Source: Saprolegnia diclina VS20
Taxonomy: Eukaryota
DNA length: 64,000 nt
NCBI RefSeq assembly: GCF_000281045.1
Contig: NW_008246069.1
Coordinates: 168,122-232,121, forward strand
Direction: 5' to 3'
A program made the position numbers and the translations under genes. Under the pieces are notes generated by a model, which saw only the letters and a program-made list of their open reading frames with translations, was not told the DNA's origin and searched no databases. Positions 23,470 through 36,578 of the stretch are shown one piece after another (positions within the stretch are counted from its first letter, which is position 1; every line of letters begins with the position of its first letter).

Positions 23470-25664
23470 TTACGTAAAGCTCTCCATACTCGCGACGTTG
23501 GTGTTTTCGACGACGTAGTAGCCCGAGCTGGACGAGGGCACGTCCGCTTTGGTTCGCTTGATGAACGCATCGACCACGACGTCGCGATTGCAGATCAAAT
23601 CGAGCTCGGCGTCCGTGATGCCGCCGGTGGCTTCTTTTCGGATGGCAATGTCGTCCTTGAGCAGCGCTTCCAGCTCGTCGAGCGAGAGATGCGTCTCCTT
23701 TGTCGCCTTCTTCTGCGATGAAAACTCGCCGCGGCTCAAGACGACGCGCTCCAGCGTGCGCTTGGCGTTCGCGCGCTCGAGCATCCGGTTCTCAAACGAA
23801 TTCTCGACAATGAGACGGTAGACGGCCACGTCTTTAGTTTGGCCAATGCGGTGGCAGCGGTCTTGGGCCTGGCTGTCTTGGTGCGGGTTCCAGTCCGAGT
23901 CGTAGAGGATGACCGTGTCCGCGCCCGTCAAGTTGATACCGAGGCCACCGGCGCGCGTCGACAGCAAAAAGATCTGCAGCCCGCCGTTCGGATCATTGAA
24001 CGCGTCCATCGAGCGCTGGCGGTCCCGAAAATGCGTCGCGCCGTCGAGGCGGCAGTACTCGTACGCCCGGAGCTGCATGAAATCTTCGAGGATATCGAGG
24101 ACCTTGGTCATTTGGCTAAAGATGAGCACCTTGTGCTTGGCCGTGAGCAGACGCGTGAGCATCTTGTCGAGCACCATCATCTTGCCGGACGTCTCGATCA
24201 GCGACTCGTTGGTCACGAGCTCGCCGTTCGCGTCCGTCTCTTCGTCAAACAGAAACGGGTGGTTGCAGCACTTGCGCAGCTGCATGGCGAGGTTCTTGGC
24301 CGAGCCCGCGCGCACCCCTACCGTGCAACAGAAAAGCTGATCGCCATCAAGTGGGTAGAGGAGCGCGTACCGGCATTGTACTTGCCATACTTTTGCTCCA
24401 GCTCGCCTTGGAGCTTGCGGTCCGCAATGAGCCGGTAGTAGTGTTCTTGGAGCTCCGTCATGGCGCAGTAGACAACGAGCTCCGTCTTGGACGGTACGTC
24501 AGCGACCACGTCGTGCTTGAGACGGCGCAAGACAAACGGTCGGAGGATCTCGTGCAACTTCGAGACCACTTGGGATTTTTTGTGGTTGTTGAGCACGTCC
24601 TTCTTAGAGATAATGTCGTTGGTGCCCGTCGCGTCGCCCGACGAGAACCAGCTCTCAAAGAGCGCAAGGTCGTCAAAGACGTCCGGTAAGAGAAAATTGA
24701 GGAGGCTCCAGAGCTCGCTCAAGTTGTTTTGCAGCGGCGTGCCCGAGAGCAGGAGGCGGTTCTCCGACTTGCACTTCTTGAGTTCGCGCATGAGGAGGCA
24801 GTTCATGTTCTTGAGACGATGGCCTTCGTCAATGATGATGTACTTCCAGACGTACCCAAGCGCTGTGAACGAGCTCGCATCGCGAATGATGACCTCGTAC
24901 GACGTGATGATGACAGGAAAGTCGGCCTTTGCTTGCTTGCCACGGCCACCGAGCACCTTCTTGCGCATCTCGAGGCGCTCGGCGCTATTGCCATGGTACA
25001 CCAAGCACGGGATCGACGGCGTGAAGCGCTTGAACTCGTTCTCCCAGTTGGCGAGCGTCGAGAGCGGCGAGACCACGAGGAAGGGCCCGGTCACACCTTT
25101 CGCCTTGAGCTGCGCAATCATGCCAATGACCTGGACCGTCTTGCCGAGGCCCATCTCGTCGGCGAGGATGCCGTTGAGGCCGTTCTCGAAGAGGTTGCAC
25201 ATCCACTGGATGCCCTCGAGCTGGTACGAGCGCAGCGTCCCGCCCGTGAGCAAGCTCGGCTGCTTGAAGTTCATCTCGGCGACCGTGTGCGCGGCCGATG
25301 CTTCGTTGATCTTCTGGAGCTTGGTCGCACCCGTCTTCTCGGTCTTGCGCCGCTTCTTCGAGTCCTTCTTGGGCGTCGTATCAGCCAAGGGCGCGTCCAT
25401 GTTGGCGAGGAGAAACTTGGAGTACGCGCCGGCCTTCTCGAGGAGCGAGTCGAGCTTCTGGACGCGCTTGCTGTACGAGAGGCCGTCGAGGCCGTCCTCG
25501 GGCGTCGCGTCCTCGGCCTCGCGCTCGCCGGCGAGCTCGTCCTCGATCTGCTTGAGCTTGACGTCGACCGTCTCCTCGAGGCTTGCGTCCATGCTCGTCT
25601 CCTCCACGCGGCCGTCTACCTCGGGCGTGATGAGCTCCATCTTGGTCTCGGCCGTCGGCGCCAT
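23470..25664 (-). CDS. HELLS: SNF2-family chromatin remodeller, HELLS/LSH/DDM1 subfamily
   Basis: LDSLLEKAGAYSKFL, QPSLLTGGTLRSYQLEG, NGLNGILADEMGLGKT, DEGHRLKN, MQLRKCCNHPFLF, FLLSTRAGGLGINL, QAQDRCHRIGQTK; one intron at ~24318-24369. Confidence 0.92.
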
Positions 25665-26433
25665 GGAATTCCGGTTTGATGCGAACTCCAAGATGGTATT
25701 TTAATACCCGTGCATTTATTCGCCGCGAGGAGCATACAAAATGCAAGAGAACTATCTACGCGCGCAATTAAATGTGGGTTGCCATCCGAGTTGGCGCGCG
25801 CCAAAATCCACGCTCTCTCGCACCACCGGTGTCCTTTATCCGGATATCCGGATACCGAAAGATCGGCGCCACCTTGCCGTTTGCCGTTGGGCCACTGCAC
25901 GACGGACGTGCCACGTATTGCAAACCAAATAAGAACTTGTTGGATGGTCGAGTGTCCATGAGCTTTGATTATGTCGTCGTGTTCGTAGGACAATGACAGC
26001 GTAACCCACGAGCGCTTGCACTGCAGAGTACGTTGTAGGACGGTGGGAAGCAGGGCTCGAGGACAATCGTTCATTGTGGAAACACGCGCGCAAGGCGGTC
26101 CACAATGCTTCCCGCCAAAAGAAGGTGCGCTGTCGATTTGAAGGACATGGAGGTGCGTTGACGCACCTTGAATGAGAAAACTTGGAGCAAGGCAACGGAT
26201 GCAGCCGCATCAAGGTCCTTTCAACACGGCCAGTGAGGCCCTTTGAGCACGACCAGTGAGGCTCGAGCGGAGTCCATGTCAACTGACACCGTAGTGGTGC
26301 AGATGTATGAAAGTGTTGCAATTTATTCGATGCCCTGTGCAGTTCGCAGAGCTGGGAGAGTCGTGAGGTTGCGTGTCACCAGCCTCGCAGATGGTTTTCG
26401 CCCCCTGTTCCTGAAGCATCCTCACAAGTCGAG

Positions 26434-26871
26434 ATGCAAGGTCTCGAGATCACGTTCGGGTCGCCGCAGTACGAAGCCGCCGTGGCGCTGCGCTACGAGG
26501 TGCTGCGAAAGCCGCTGGGCATGCAGTTTGATCCTGAAGTCCTCGCCAAGGAAGGCTCGGACATTCACGTGGGGCTCGTTGACGGCGACGCCCTTCTCGC
26601 CACCGCCATGCTGCGTCCGGACGTCGACGGTGTCGCGTGGATGAAGCAAGTCGCGGTGCAGCCAAGCATGCACGGGAAGGGCCTCGGGCGCGTCCTCATC
26701 GAAGCTCTCGAGACCATCGCGCGGCAAAAGAGCTTTTCGCACATCAAACTCCACTCGCGCGCCACCGCCGTCCCGTTCTACAAGAAGCTCGGGTACACGA
26801 CGTTTGGCGAGCCCTTTGACGAGGTCGGGATCCCCCACGAGGCTATGGAGAAGGTTCTTCTCATAGTGTAG
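26434..26871 (+). CDS. Intronless GNAT acetyltransferase, YjcF/ElaA-like
   Basis: LRYEVLRKPLG, KQVAV...GKGLGRVLI, LHSRATAVPFYKKLGY...GEPFDEVGIPH..M. Confidence 0.9.
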   Translation: MQGLEITFGSPQYEAAVALRYEVLRKPLGMQFDPEVLAKEGSDIHVGLVDGDALLATAMLRPDVDGVAWMKQVAVQPSMHGKGLGRVLIEALETIARQKSFSHIKLHSRATAVPFYKKLGYTTFGEPFDEVGIPHEAMEKVLLIV

Positions 26872-27059
26872 CTACCTATAATCGACGTGTCATGTTGTAG
26901 CATGTCTTGTTGGTCCCACCCACCGTTTCGTGCAGGTTGAGCGGTTTCTATCTATCCAACTGTCTATCGATATCACTGGGCAAACGAAAAGCTGCATGGA
27001 TAGAATAAAGTAAGATCTTAGGTTTTCTGATGCGCGTAAAAGCGAGCTAGTTCGTCCAC

Positions 27060-29615
27060 CTACAATCGGTCGTTGAGCTGGTCGAAGCTCACAATGTCTG
27101 GCTGGAGGCCTTTTCGGAGGCGCGTGGCCGCGACAAGCTTGCCGGCCAAAGTCGCAGCGCTGAGCGGGTCGCCCTCGACGACCTTGTAATGGTCAAACCA
27201 GCACTGCGGGAACGCCTTCCCGCCCGTCTTGGCCCGGAGTGCCTCGGTGATCCCAAACGACTCGACGACCGGCACGTGTGCGCGCAGGTGAAGCATGCCG
27301 TTGGCTTTGGGCTCCTCGCCAATGACGACGCCGCGGCGAAGGTGCAGCACCGTGTAGACGCCACCAATCACGTCTTGCGGGCACTGCACCTCGACCATGA
27401 AAACGGGCTCGAGCAATGCCGGCGACGACGCGAGCTGGCACGCGTGCACGACGCGTCGCGCCGCCGGAAGAATCTGGGCCGTCCCGCGGTGCGCAGCGCT
27501 CGAGTGGAAGAGAACATCGACGAGGTTGACGCGGGCGCCCGAAACCACTTCGTCACAGAGGACACCGGCGGACGTTGCCCACTGGAAGCCACGCATGACG
27601 CCGTCGCGAATGTCGAGCGTGTTGGCGACCCCCTTGGTCTGGTCGACAAAGATGTTGGACCCGAGGTGGTCGGGGCCGTAGCCCCATATCTTGCGTCCGT
27701 CGAGCGCGTCCCATCCGTGCTCGTCGGCAAGGTACCGCGCGCGTATCTTGGGGTCACTGTGGTCGGCCATGACAACCTCGCGCGCCTCCATTGCGGCCAC
27801 GAGCGCACCACTTAGCGGCTCGGCCGAGCAAAAGAGTCGATTGTGTTTGTTGCTCGACTTGGCCAAACAAACGGTCGCACTCGGTGCGGTGATGGTTTCA
27901 CGGTACGTGACCACCGGGTTGCTCACGCGCAGCGGCGTGCGCCCCATAAAGTCTTCCTGGAGATCGTGGAGGCAAATCTCGAGGTGGAGCTCGCCCGCGC
28001 CGGCGATGATGTGCTCGCCGGTTGTCTCGGTGTAGCAGAGCACCATCGGGTCCGACTTGGCAAGGCGCTTCATGCCTTCGAGAAGCTTGGGAAGGTCGGC
28101 CGGCGACTCGGGCTCGACCGCAACGCGCACGACGGGCGACACTGAAAACTTCATGGTGCGAATCGTACACGCGGTCTCGGACGTCGTGATCGTACCGGTC
28201 TTGAGAAGGTACTGGTCCACGCCGACGAGGCCGCACGTGCTACCCGCGGGGACATCCGGCATCGCTTCGACGGACCGGCCCATCATGACGACCGTGCGCT
28301 GGATCGTCTTGTTGACCCAGAGATCAGTGCTGCTGCCCGGCACGTAGTTGGGCCCGAGGAGCCGGACCTTCTGGCCCGTGGCGATCTTGCCCGAGAAGAC
28401 ACGGCCAAACGCGTAGAAGCGAGTCCGATCCGCCGACGTTGGCACCATCTTGGAGACGTACATGACGAGCGGGCCGTTGACGTCGCAGTTGCGGATGCCC
28501 TCGGCGCACTCGTCGTCGAGCGGACCGTCGTAGAGCGTATCGACACGATAGCGCTGGGCAACCACCGGCGACGGAAGGTGATTCTCGAGCATGCTCAGGA
28601 GCGCATCGCTCGCCGGCAGCCACGTTTGCATGATGCGCTTGAGCAGCTTGCGCTCAAGAAGCGCGTTGCCGTCGGCGTCCACGAGCGCACTGGGGGCCAC
28701 ACCGATGGAGGCAAGAATCTTGGCCAGCTTCTTGGACTGCTGCTTCATGACAGCGTCGACGAGCTGGTAGATTGGGTCGAGCACAAACTGCACAAAGGCG
28801 CGCGGGAACGACGGATCGCGCCGCGTGGTCCACACCTTGCGCACTGGGTCGTAGCCCCAGTCGCCCCAGAGCTTGGGGGCAAGCTTGGCCGCGTCCATGC
28901 CAAACTTGGCGGCGTACATGTTGGCAAAGGTCGCGAGGGTAAAGCCCCATTGGTGCAGACCCGACCCGAAGGCGACGTTGCCGACATCCGGATACACTTG
29001 GACATCGCCGAGCGCGGCGTCCGCGCACGTCGAGAGGACGACGTTGACGCTCTCGACCGCACGGCGAAGCGATTGGTAGCACTCCTCCGGCTCGAGCTGG
29101 AGTTCGAGAAGCGCGCGATCGACCTTGTTGACCATGAGCACGGGCTTGACGCGCTCCGCCATGGCTTGGCGAAGGACCGTTTCGGTCTGGACGCACACCC
29201 CGTCGATGGCGTCGACCACGACAAGCGCACCGTCCGTGACACGAAGCGCCGCCGTGACCTCCGACGAGAAATCGACATGACCCGGCGAGTCGATCAAGTT
29301 GACGAGGAGCGGGTTGCCCTTGGCCGTCTCAAAGTACATGGAGAGACCTGTCGACTTGATGGTGATGCCGCGGTCCTTCTCGTCGTCGCGCGTGTCAGTG
29401 TAGCGCGCACCGCCGGCCGCGCCATGCGAGATGATGCCGGCCTTGGCCACCAAGGCGTCGGTTAGCGTCGACTTGCCGTGGTCGACGTGCGCAATCACAG
29501 AGATGTTGCGGACGTTGGCCGGCGTGGACATGAGGGCGTGGAGCTGGGCAATCGTGAAATTGACCTAGAGACGCGTTTTTTAGGATTTGGTTGTTGCGAT
29601 AGCGGCGTGTACCAT
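27060..29615 (-). CDS. eEF2: Translation elongation factor 2, divergent paralog
   Basis: Exon 1 is ATG only (29613-29615), followed by a 48-nt intron (29565-29612), then VNFTIAQLHALMSTPANVRNISVIAHVDHGKS, RGITIKS, NLIDSPGHVDF, NKVD, MKFSVSPVV, KSSNKHNRL, AFPQCWFDH. Confidence 0.95.
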
Positions 29616-30493
29616 GGTGCGGATAAAGTGGTTAGCGAGAGGCGGGGGTGGTTTGTTTTCGGGAAATTGAAAAGTGAGCATGCCTCAAAGAGGTTTGGTG
29701 ACCTTGCTGTTGTTCGTGACGGACCCGCGAAGATGCTGGGAACGGTTCCTCGGGGATTTGATGTGGTTTTGGTCGGCATGCGACAAGCGCAAAGATCGCA
29801 CACATTCTCAAAATAGGAATGGTGGTTGAACTTGCCGTAAATCGTGTGGATGAGTGATGGTCGTCGTTGCCTTTGCCAGACGAGATATGACCTTCGACGC
29901 GCACCAAAGATACTCTGGGTTCTTGGCGGTTGTCCTTCCAGCAACTATATGTTGGTGGATGCAATGTCGCTCGTATCGGTAGTAGTGCGGACACCAAAAT
30001 AATTGTGAAGGCCAATATAGCTAAACCGAGACCTAGACGGGGCGGCTATATTGCTACGTTGTTGAGCTCTCAATTTCCAACTGCAAGCAGAGCTGTGCTG
30101 CGTTGGGATCAGGGGCCGTATCCACAACAATAAATACCGCTGCACTTACTGCGGCTCATATGCTATTTCCACACCCCGCGGGGACTTCCTTTAGCGCCGG
30201 AATTACTAGAGCTCTAGCTCATAGATCGACTATTCATCTATACACAGCCTACCCTACGTGTTATCGAACCTTGACCAGTCGCCGACCCAGCAACAACACA
30301 GCGACGCCATTTTCTCTCAGGAGGCCACAGCAGTGCTTTCAAAATGGCATACTAGTACTTCTACACTTGGCTAAAATAGTGTGTTGCTTCAATTGATGCT
30401 GATGTACGCCTGTCTGTCTCGATCGAAATACTGTTCCAGTACAAGTGTATGTGTTGCTGTCAAGGTAAAAATAGTATCGTTTCATGTACACGC

Positions 30494-32163
30494 ATGCAGA
30501 GCGTGCACCCAGCGCCGACGCAGCACATGCTAGCGAGAGCAGTCATCCACATCAAGCTGAGCAAGCTCTTTCTCGTAGCATCGGTCGTCTTCTCTTGCAG
30601 CATTGTTTTCGCGGTGAATCCTTCCTAGAACGAATCTGCTTGGTGGACTAACAAAGCGCTAGCCGCTCAAGGCGTACTTGACCGAGCCACTGCCGTGGAC
30701 GCTGCCACCAACTTTCAACACATCGCTCAAAGCTCTAGCAATGACGATACCGCCTCGGTACATCAATGCGACAACAGGGGCCTACCACTACGACGCCACC
30801 TTCTTCGTCGATGTGTACCGGTACACTGTGCCTTTAGTCAATCGGACGTGCTTGGAGACGCTCGTGCACATCGCCGCAAGCTCGTTCTTTGGTGCTGGCA
30901 TGCGTGACGCCATCTGCAGTTTTGCGGCGTCAACGAACGACTCGATGGTCTACTGCCAAGACAACTTGTTGTTCTCGACGCACATTAGCTCCGCGTGTGT
31001 CTGGGGCGTCCGCCACGCCGGTGGCTTGGCGTTCTACTATGCAACGATACCGCGCTTCAACGTGGGTCAGGTCGTCGCCAAGCTACTCTTCCGCGTCATC
31101 ATCACACTATACGCCAGTGCACAGATCTATCGAAGCTACTACCGACACTACGCGTCGCTCTTCGAAACACTGCGCCACCACGGCGACGCCAATGTGGTGC
31201 GCTACGTGGTCTACCTTGGCGATCCCACGAGCGTCATTCTCTCGGACGGGTTTGTTTCGAGCTGTTTTGTCATCGACATTTATCTCAGCACAAACTGCGT
31301 CGTGGGCGGGATTCTACGGCTCAGCCAAATCGACGATTTCGGTCAATTAACCCTCGGCGCGCTCTACACGTCACGGCTCGTACGTTTCCGCGATCTTGTC
31401 CAAATAAATCTCATATTTGTAGGTATGGATGGCCTTCTTTGGCATGCGCTACAGCACGCTCGTCATTAAGCGCCTTCGTTGGGAGCACCGCGTGATTGGC
31501 CTCGACTCGACCCTTATGATGGCACTCGCATTCTTTGCTTCCACCGGCATCGTCTTGCTCGTGGCCAACACGCCGCTAATGGTATTTTATCACTGGTGCA
31601 ACGACGTGGGGGCTTCAAGCCCCGACACCGTTGAACTTGCGGTATCAATTGTCTACATGACTCTCTGCATCGCCTCAATTCCGCTGCTCGTGGCCTACAC
31701 GTGGGTCACTGCCAATCGCTGGAGGGTTCTCAAGCGTGTGTCAACAACAAGAGTGTCCTCGCTACACCTGAGCCAAAGCTTCAAGCAACGCGTGCTCTTC
31801 TTCTGCGAGTTTTGCTTCATGACAATACCACCCGACAAGTTGCGTGGCGGCAGCCTGTACCGCTTCTGTGCACTCAACCCGCGTCTTCGCCGACTGCCCC
31901 TCGTAGGGTTTGAGAGTGCCGACTGTTTTGTCGACGCCTACGACGTCCATGGCAAACTCCTCTATCGCATGCGTCTGAGCTTGATCTCTGTGGCGCTCGG
32001 GACAGGTCGAGTGCTGATCGAAGATGCCGCAGGCAGTCTTCGACTACTACCTGGGAACGAACTGAACGGTTTTTGGTCGCTCGCTCTCACGACGACTTTG
32101 ACGTCGAAGGATGTGGTTGCTCGCATACGACACGGTCGCTGTACGTCGCCCTGGCTGTTATAA
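30494..32163 (+). CDS. Multi-pass membrane protein family, copy 1
   Basis: Two introns. Motifs PLKAYLTEPLPW, YYRHY, GDPTSVILSD, GGSLYR...NPRLRRLPL...SADCFVD and SPWLL* are shared with copies 2-3. Confidence 0.8.
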
Positions 32164-32671
32164 ATGAATGACTCCTCGCATGGTGGGGACGTCGTGATCG
32201 CGATATGAACGTCGACACAAAAATCATATATTTGACAGACAATGTGTACTTTGCCTTTTTCACGGTTGTCCCATGAACACGCGGTGTGCAGCGCGGATGG
32301 TGGCCATGGTGTCTCGTCGCAGTGTGCACTAGATTGCTTGGAGAGCGACAGAACGCCCCGATGCGGACAAGAGCTCAGCACGTGACTGTGTGCGCTACCC
32401 AGGACTCCAATCAAATTACCGGCAGCGATCTTGATCTTGGAACTTCAGGTCGCGGCTCGGTGGTAACGATCCAAAATGCATGGATTTCATCAGCACACAC
32501 GGTCGCGTGGAGGCTTTTTCTTTGAGATCGCGAGCACCTGCGTGACTTGCCTTCGATCCCCGAAGCGAGCCAAGCCATGGATTTTCACAGCCCAAGACTA
32601 AACAATGTTCAAAACAGCTGGGATTAGGCAACGTACCGGCGGTGCTCAAAATAGCATCTGGATAAAGTGCA

Positions 32672-34270
32672 ATGTGGCCGGTACACCCGACGCCGAGACC
32701 GCTCGCGCCGCCACGTAGCGCACTCTCCAAATCGGTCCAATTCATATCCCTCAGCAAGCTCTTTCTCGCTGCGTCGTGCGTCTTCTCCAGCAACACTTGC
32801 TGTGGCCACTCAAGGCGTATATGACCGAGCCGCTGCCATGGACGCTTCCCCCATCCCTCAACACGTCACTGTACGATCTAGAGAGGACGATTCCGGCTCA
32901 GTACCGCACGACGAACGCCTACGACTACAACGAGACCTTCGACACCGACGTCTTTCGCTATACGATTGCTGATCCGCCCAATACCACGTGCTTGGACACG
33001 CTACTGCGCATTGCGGCCACGCCCTTCTTTGGCGTTGGCATGCGCGACGCTGTGTGCCGTTTTGCATCAACACCATTGACCAATGCGTCAACATCATCGT
33101 TTGTCTACTGCCAGGACATTTACCTCGCCCCGTCCCGCACAGGCAGCTCGTGCATTTGGGGCACGCGAGAAGCGTCCGGCATGATCCTCTACTACGCAAC
33201 GATCCCAACGTTTCATGCCGGCGCCGTCATTGCGAAGCTCATCTATCGTCTAGTACTCTCGCTCTATGCAATCGTGCGGCTTTATACGGGCTACTACCGC
33301 CACTACGCGTCGCTCCTCGCCTCGCTGCGACGACTCGACGACGTACACGTGGTGCGCTACGTCGTTTGCATCGGCGATCCCACGAGCGTAGTCTTGTCCG
33401 ACCTGTATCTATCGGTTGGTTTTGTGATCGACCTTTTTCTAAGCACCAGCACGGTGGTGACTGGCATTCTACGCCTCTCGCAAGTCGACGATTTGCATCA
33501 GTTTGCCCTTGGTGCGCTCTACTTGTCGCGACTGGTATATATTCTTTCCGATGCACATTAATGTCTAACATATTCGTTAGGTATGGATGTATTTTTTCGG
33601 CATGCGCTACAGCACGTTTCTTATCAAGCGATGGCACTGGGAAGACCGCGTGATGGGCCTTGACGCGACCGTCATGACCGCGGTTATCTTTCTGGCTGCC
33701 GCCGGCGTCAACACGCTCATTATCCGCACACCGCTGATGGCGTTCTATCAATGGTGCAACTCGGTAGTTGCGCCCGATCCCGCGAGCATTGACCTCACTC
33801 TGGCCTCCGTGTTGTTGACACTGGGCACAGCATCGGGGCCGCTCCTTCTTGCCACAACACTCACCGCTATCAAGCACCGATGCGCCAACGCGACAGCGCA
33901 GCAAGTGTGTCTCAGCTTCAAGCAGCGTGTGCTCTTCTATCTCAACTGCGGCGCGATGAAAGAGCACCGAGGCGGCAGTCTCTATCGCCTGTTTGCGCTC
34001 GACCCGCGCCTTCGCCGATAACCGCTCATCGGTCTCGAGAGCGCCGACTGTTTTATCGACGGCTACGACGACCAGAATCGTCTCTGTACGCGTCTCCGAG
34101 TGAGTCTCCTTGCGGTAGCGCTGGACGCTCGGTATTTGCAAGACGCCACCAAGGGGGCTCGCAGCGTCCTCTCGCTCGTCAAGCCGTATGGCTTCTGCAC
34201 CCTGGCAGACGCGACAAGCGACGGCGTTGCCCCGCTCGAGACTCGGTGTCGATCGCCTTGGCTACTCTAA
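32672..34270 (+). pseudogene. Membrane family copy 2, disrupted
   Basis: The first intron is absent and the join is out of frame near 32800. In-frame TAA at 34019-34021 where paralogs have Leu; the frame continues to SPWLL*. Confidence 0.7.
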
Positions 34271-34576
34271 GAACGTAAATCTTTGGGTTGGGACTTTGCG
34301 AACTCTCTCGAGCTGCTCTCGTTAGTGCAGTCGATTTGCCTTGACGGCGAGGGCAATGGGACGCGCTTGTGTGCAAGTCTATAGAAGTCCATCGATGTCC
34401 AACGGTACCACCCACCATACCGGTACGTTGTTAGGTAACTAGGCCCAGAAGCATCTTCAACCCTTTCTGACATCTGGACCTTTGGCTCAGCGCAGGACGA
34501 CGTGGCCCTTCGCAACCACCGTCCGCGACGGCTAAGAATGGAGAGTGAAACGCTGGTGTTAATTTCATTCCCGTGC

Positions 34577-36288
34577 ATGCTCGCGCGCGTGTCCCCCGGC
34601 CCGCGCTCTGCGTCGTTCGTCCAAGTGCTGCCGCGCGCCGTGAAGGCACCGCGCACCATCACATTCGACAAGGCGTTTGCGATCGCGACGCTCTTCTTCG
34701 CCAACAACATTGCGGTTGCGGTGTGTACTCAACTGTCCTTTCTCGCAACAACCAAATGATCTCTAGCCACTCAAGGCGTACCTCAACGAACCGCTCCCGT
34801 GGGGCCTTCCGCCGTCCTCCAACCTCACACGCCTCGACCTTGCCGCCAGCTTACCTGTTGTTTACGCCAATATCTCGACAGCGTACCATTTTGACAGCGC
34901 GACCTTTACCGATGTGCTCCTGCGGCAACCAAGTGCGTTTTCGGGGAGCTGCCTCGCGCATCTCACGGTCCTCGCTGGTGCTCCATTTTATGGTGACGGT
35001 CTGCGCGCCGCTGTCTGCGCCTACATCGACGTCAACGCGTCAGCGCCATTCTCGTTTTGCCAAGAGATGTACCTCTTCCGGAAGCTCGTCGGCCACGGGT
35101 GCGTCTGGACACGGCAGGTCGCGAACCAGACGGTCTTTTACTACGCCACCCGCGCCGTCTTTGAAACGAATGTTGTCTGGTTCAAGCTCTTTTATCGCAT
35201 AGCTTTGACGCTCTATGCCAGCGTCCAACTCTGGCGCTGCTACTACCGACAGTACGCGAGTCTCCTGCGCACTTTGCGCAACCGAAGCTCGGCGGTCCAC
35301 GTTGTGCGCTACCACGTGTTTGTGGGGGACCCTACGGGCGTCGTCTTGTCCGACCCGCTCCTCGTCCTCGCGTTTCTCGTTGATATTTTTTTGAGCTCGT
35401 ACCAATTGACCGCGTCGATCTTGCACCTCGGTGAAATCGACGATATTGTGCAGTTTTCTCTCGGGGCATTTTACTTATCGCGTTTGGTACGATGTACACT
35501 ATTATCTACAAGACACTAGGTGCATTTGACAACTTGGTTGTACTAGGTGTGGGCAGTCTTTTTTGGCATGCGCTACGGCACATATATCATCAAGTTTCTG
35601 CGGTGCGAGCGTCATTTCTCGAGCTTGGATACGACCGCCATGACGGTGTTGACACTCGGGTTGACGGCTACGATCAGTCTCATTGTTGCCCACTCGCCGC
35701 TCATGGGCATGTACCACTGGATGAACGCCCTCGGCCTCGTGGAAGAAACGGCGCCCGTAGCGATCGAAATTGCGGCGTCAGCGATCGCGCTCGCAGTCTG
35801 TACAGCAGCAACTCCGCTCCATTTGGCGCTCGCCCTCGCCTTCTGTCGACGCCACCGCGGCAAACGTACGTCCTTTCTTCCTGCATGTCAACCAGCCATG
35901 TCCCGTGGCGACACTAGGAACGTTCTCGTTTCGACGTAACCAAAACGTCAAGCAGCGTGTGCTCTTTACGTGCCATCGCGATCATGTGGTCGAGCACGAA
36001 GGAGGAAGTCTCTACCGCCTCTTCAAGCTCAACCCGCGCTACCGTCGCTTGCCGCTTGTAGGTCTCGAGGGCGCCGACTGCTTTGTCGACGGCTACGATA
36101 GCACGGGCACTGTCGTCTTGCGCCTGCGCTTGAGCTTGATGGACGTGGCGCTCGACCAACGCGTGAGCGGAGACGCTGTGAAGCTCGATCACCATAGCGG
36201 CGAAGATGACTTTTGCACGTTGTCGAACGCGCCGACGGGCAAGGCGAGCACGACGCCGACCCCTTCGTCGTCCCCATGGTTGTTATAG
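34577..36288 (+). CDS. Multi-pass membrane protein family, copy 3
   Basis: PLKAYLNEPLPW, GDPTGVVLSD, GGSLYRLFKLNPRYRRLPL, SPWLL*; three introns. Confidence 0.8.
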
Positions 36289-36578
36289 CACCGAATAAGC
36301 TAGTAGAGTTGTGCAAAGCTATCTACGTTTCAAGGCTTCGAGTGGCATTGACGATCCTACTAGTACGTCGTTTGAAGGCAAATTATCTTTGTCAGTCGAC
36401 CTCTTGGTGACGAGTTGTCACAAGTCTGACGACATAGGTGCGGAGCTCTCGTGTCGTCTGGTGTCATGAAATGGTGACGTGGCATCATGACGGCATTTTA
36501 TTCACATGGTAGTAGCTGATACATTGAAACTGTGCACCCAGCGGCCGTCGGTGATTGGTCGCTTGGCTTGGTATAACA

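Noticed and set aside
24487..25704. Long antisense ORFs over HELLS (similarly over the nucleotidyltransferase, eEF2, NIT2 and 58627-59751)
   Set aside because: Expected from strong GC3 bias; they contain no recognisable motifs.
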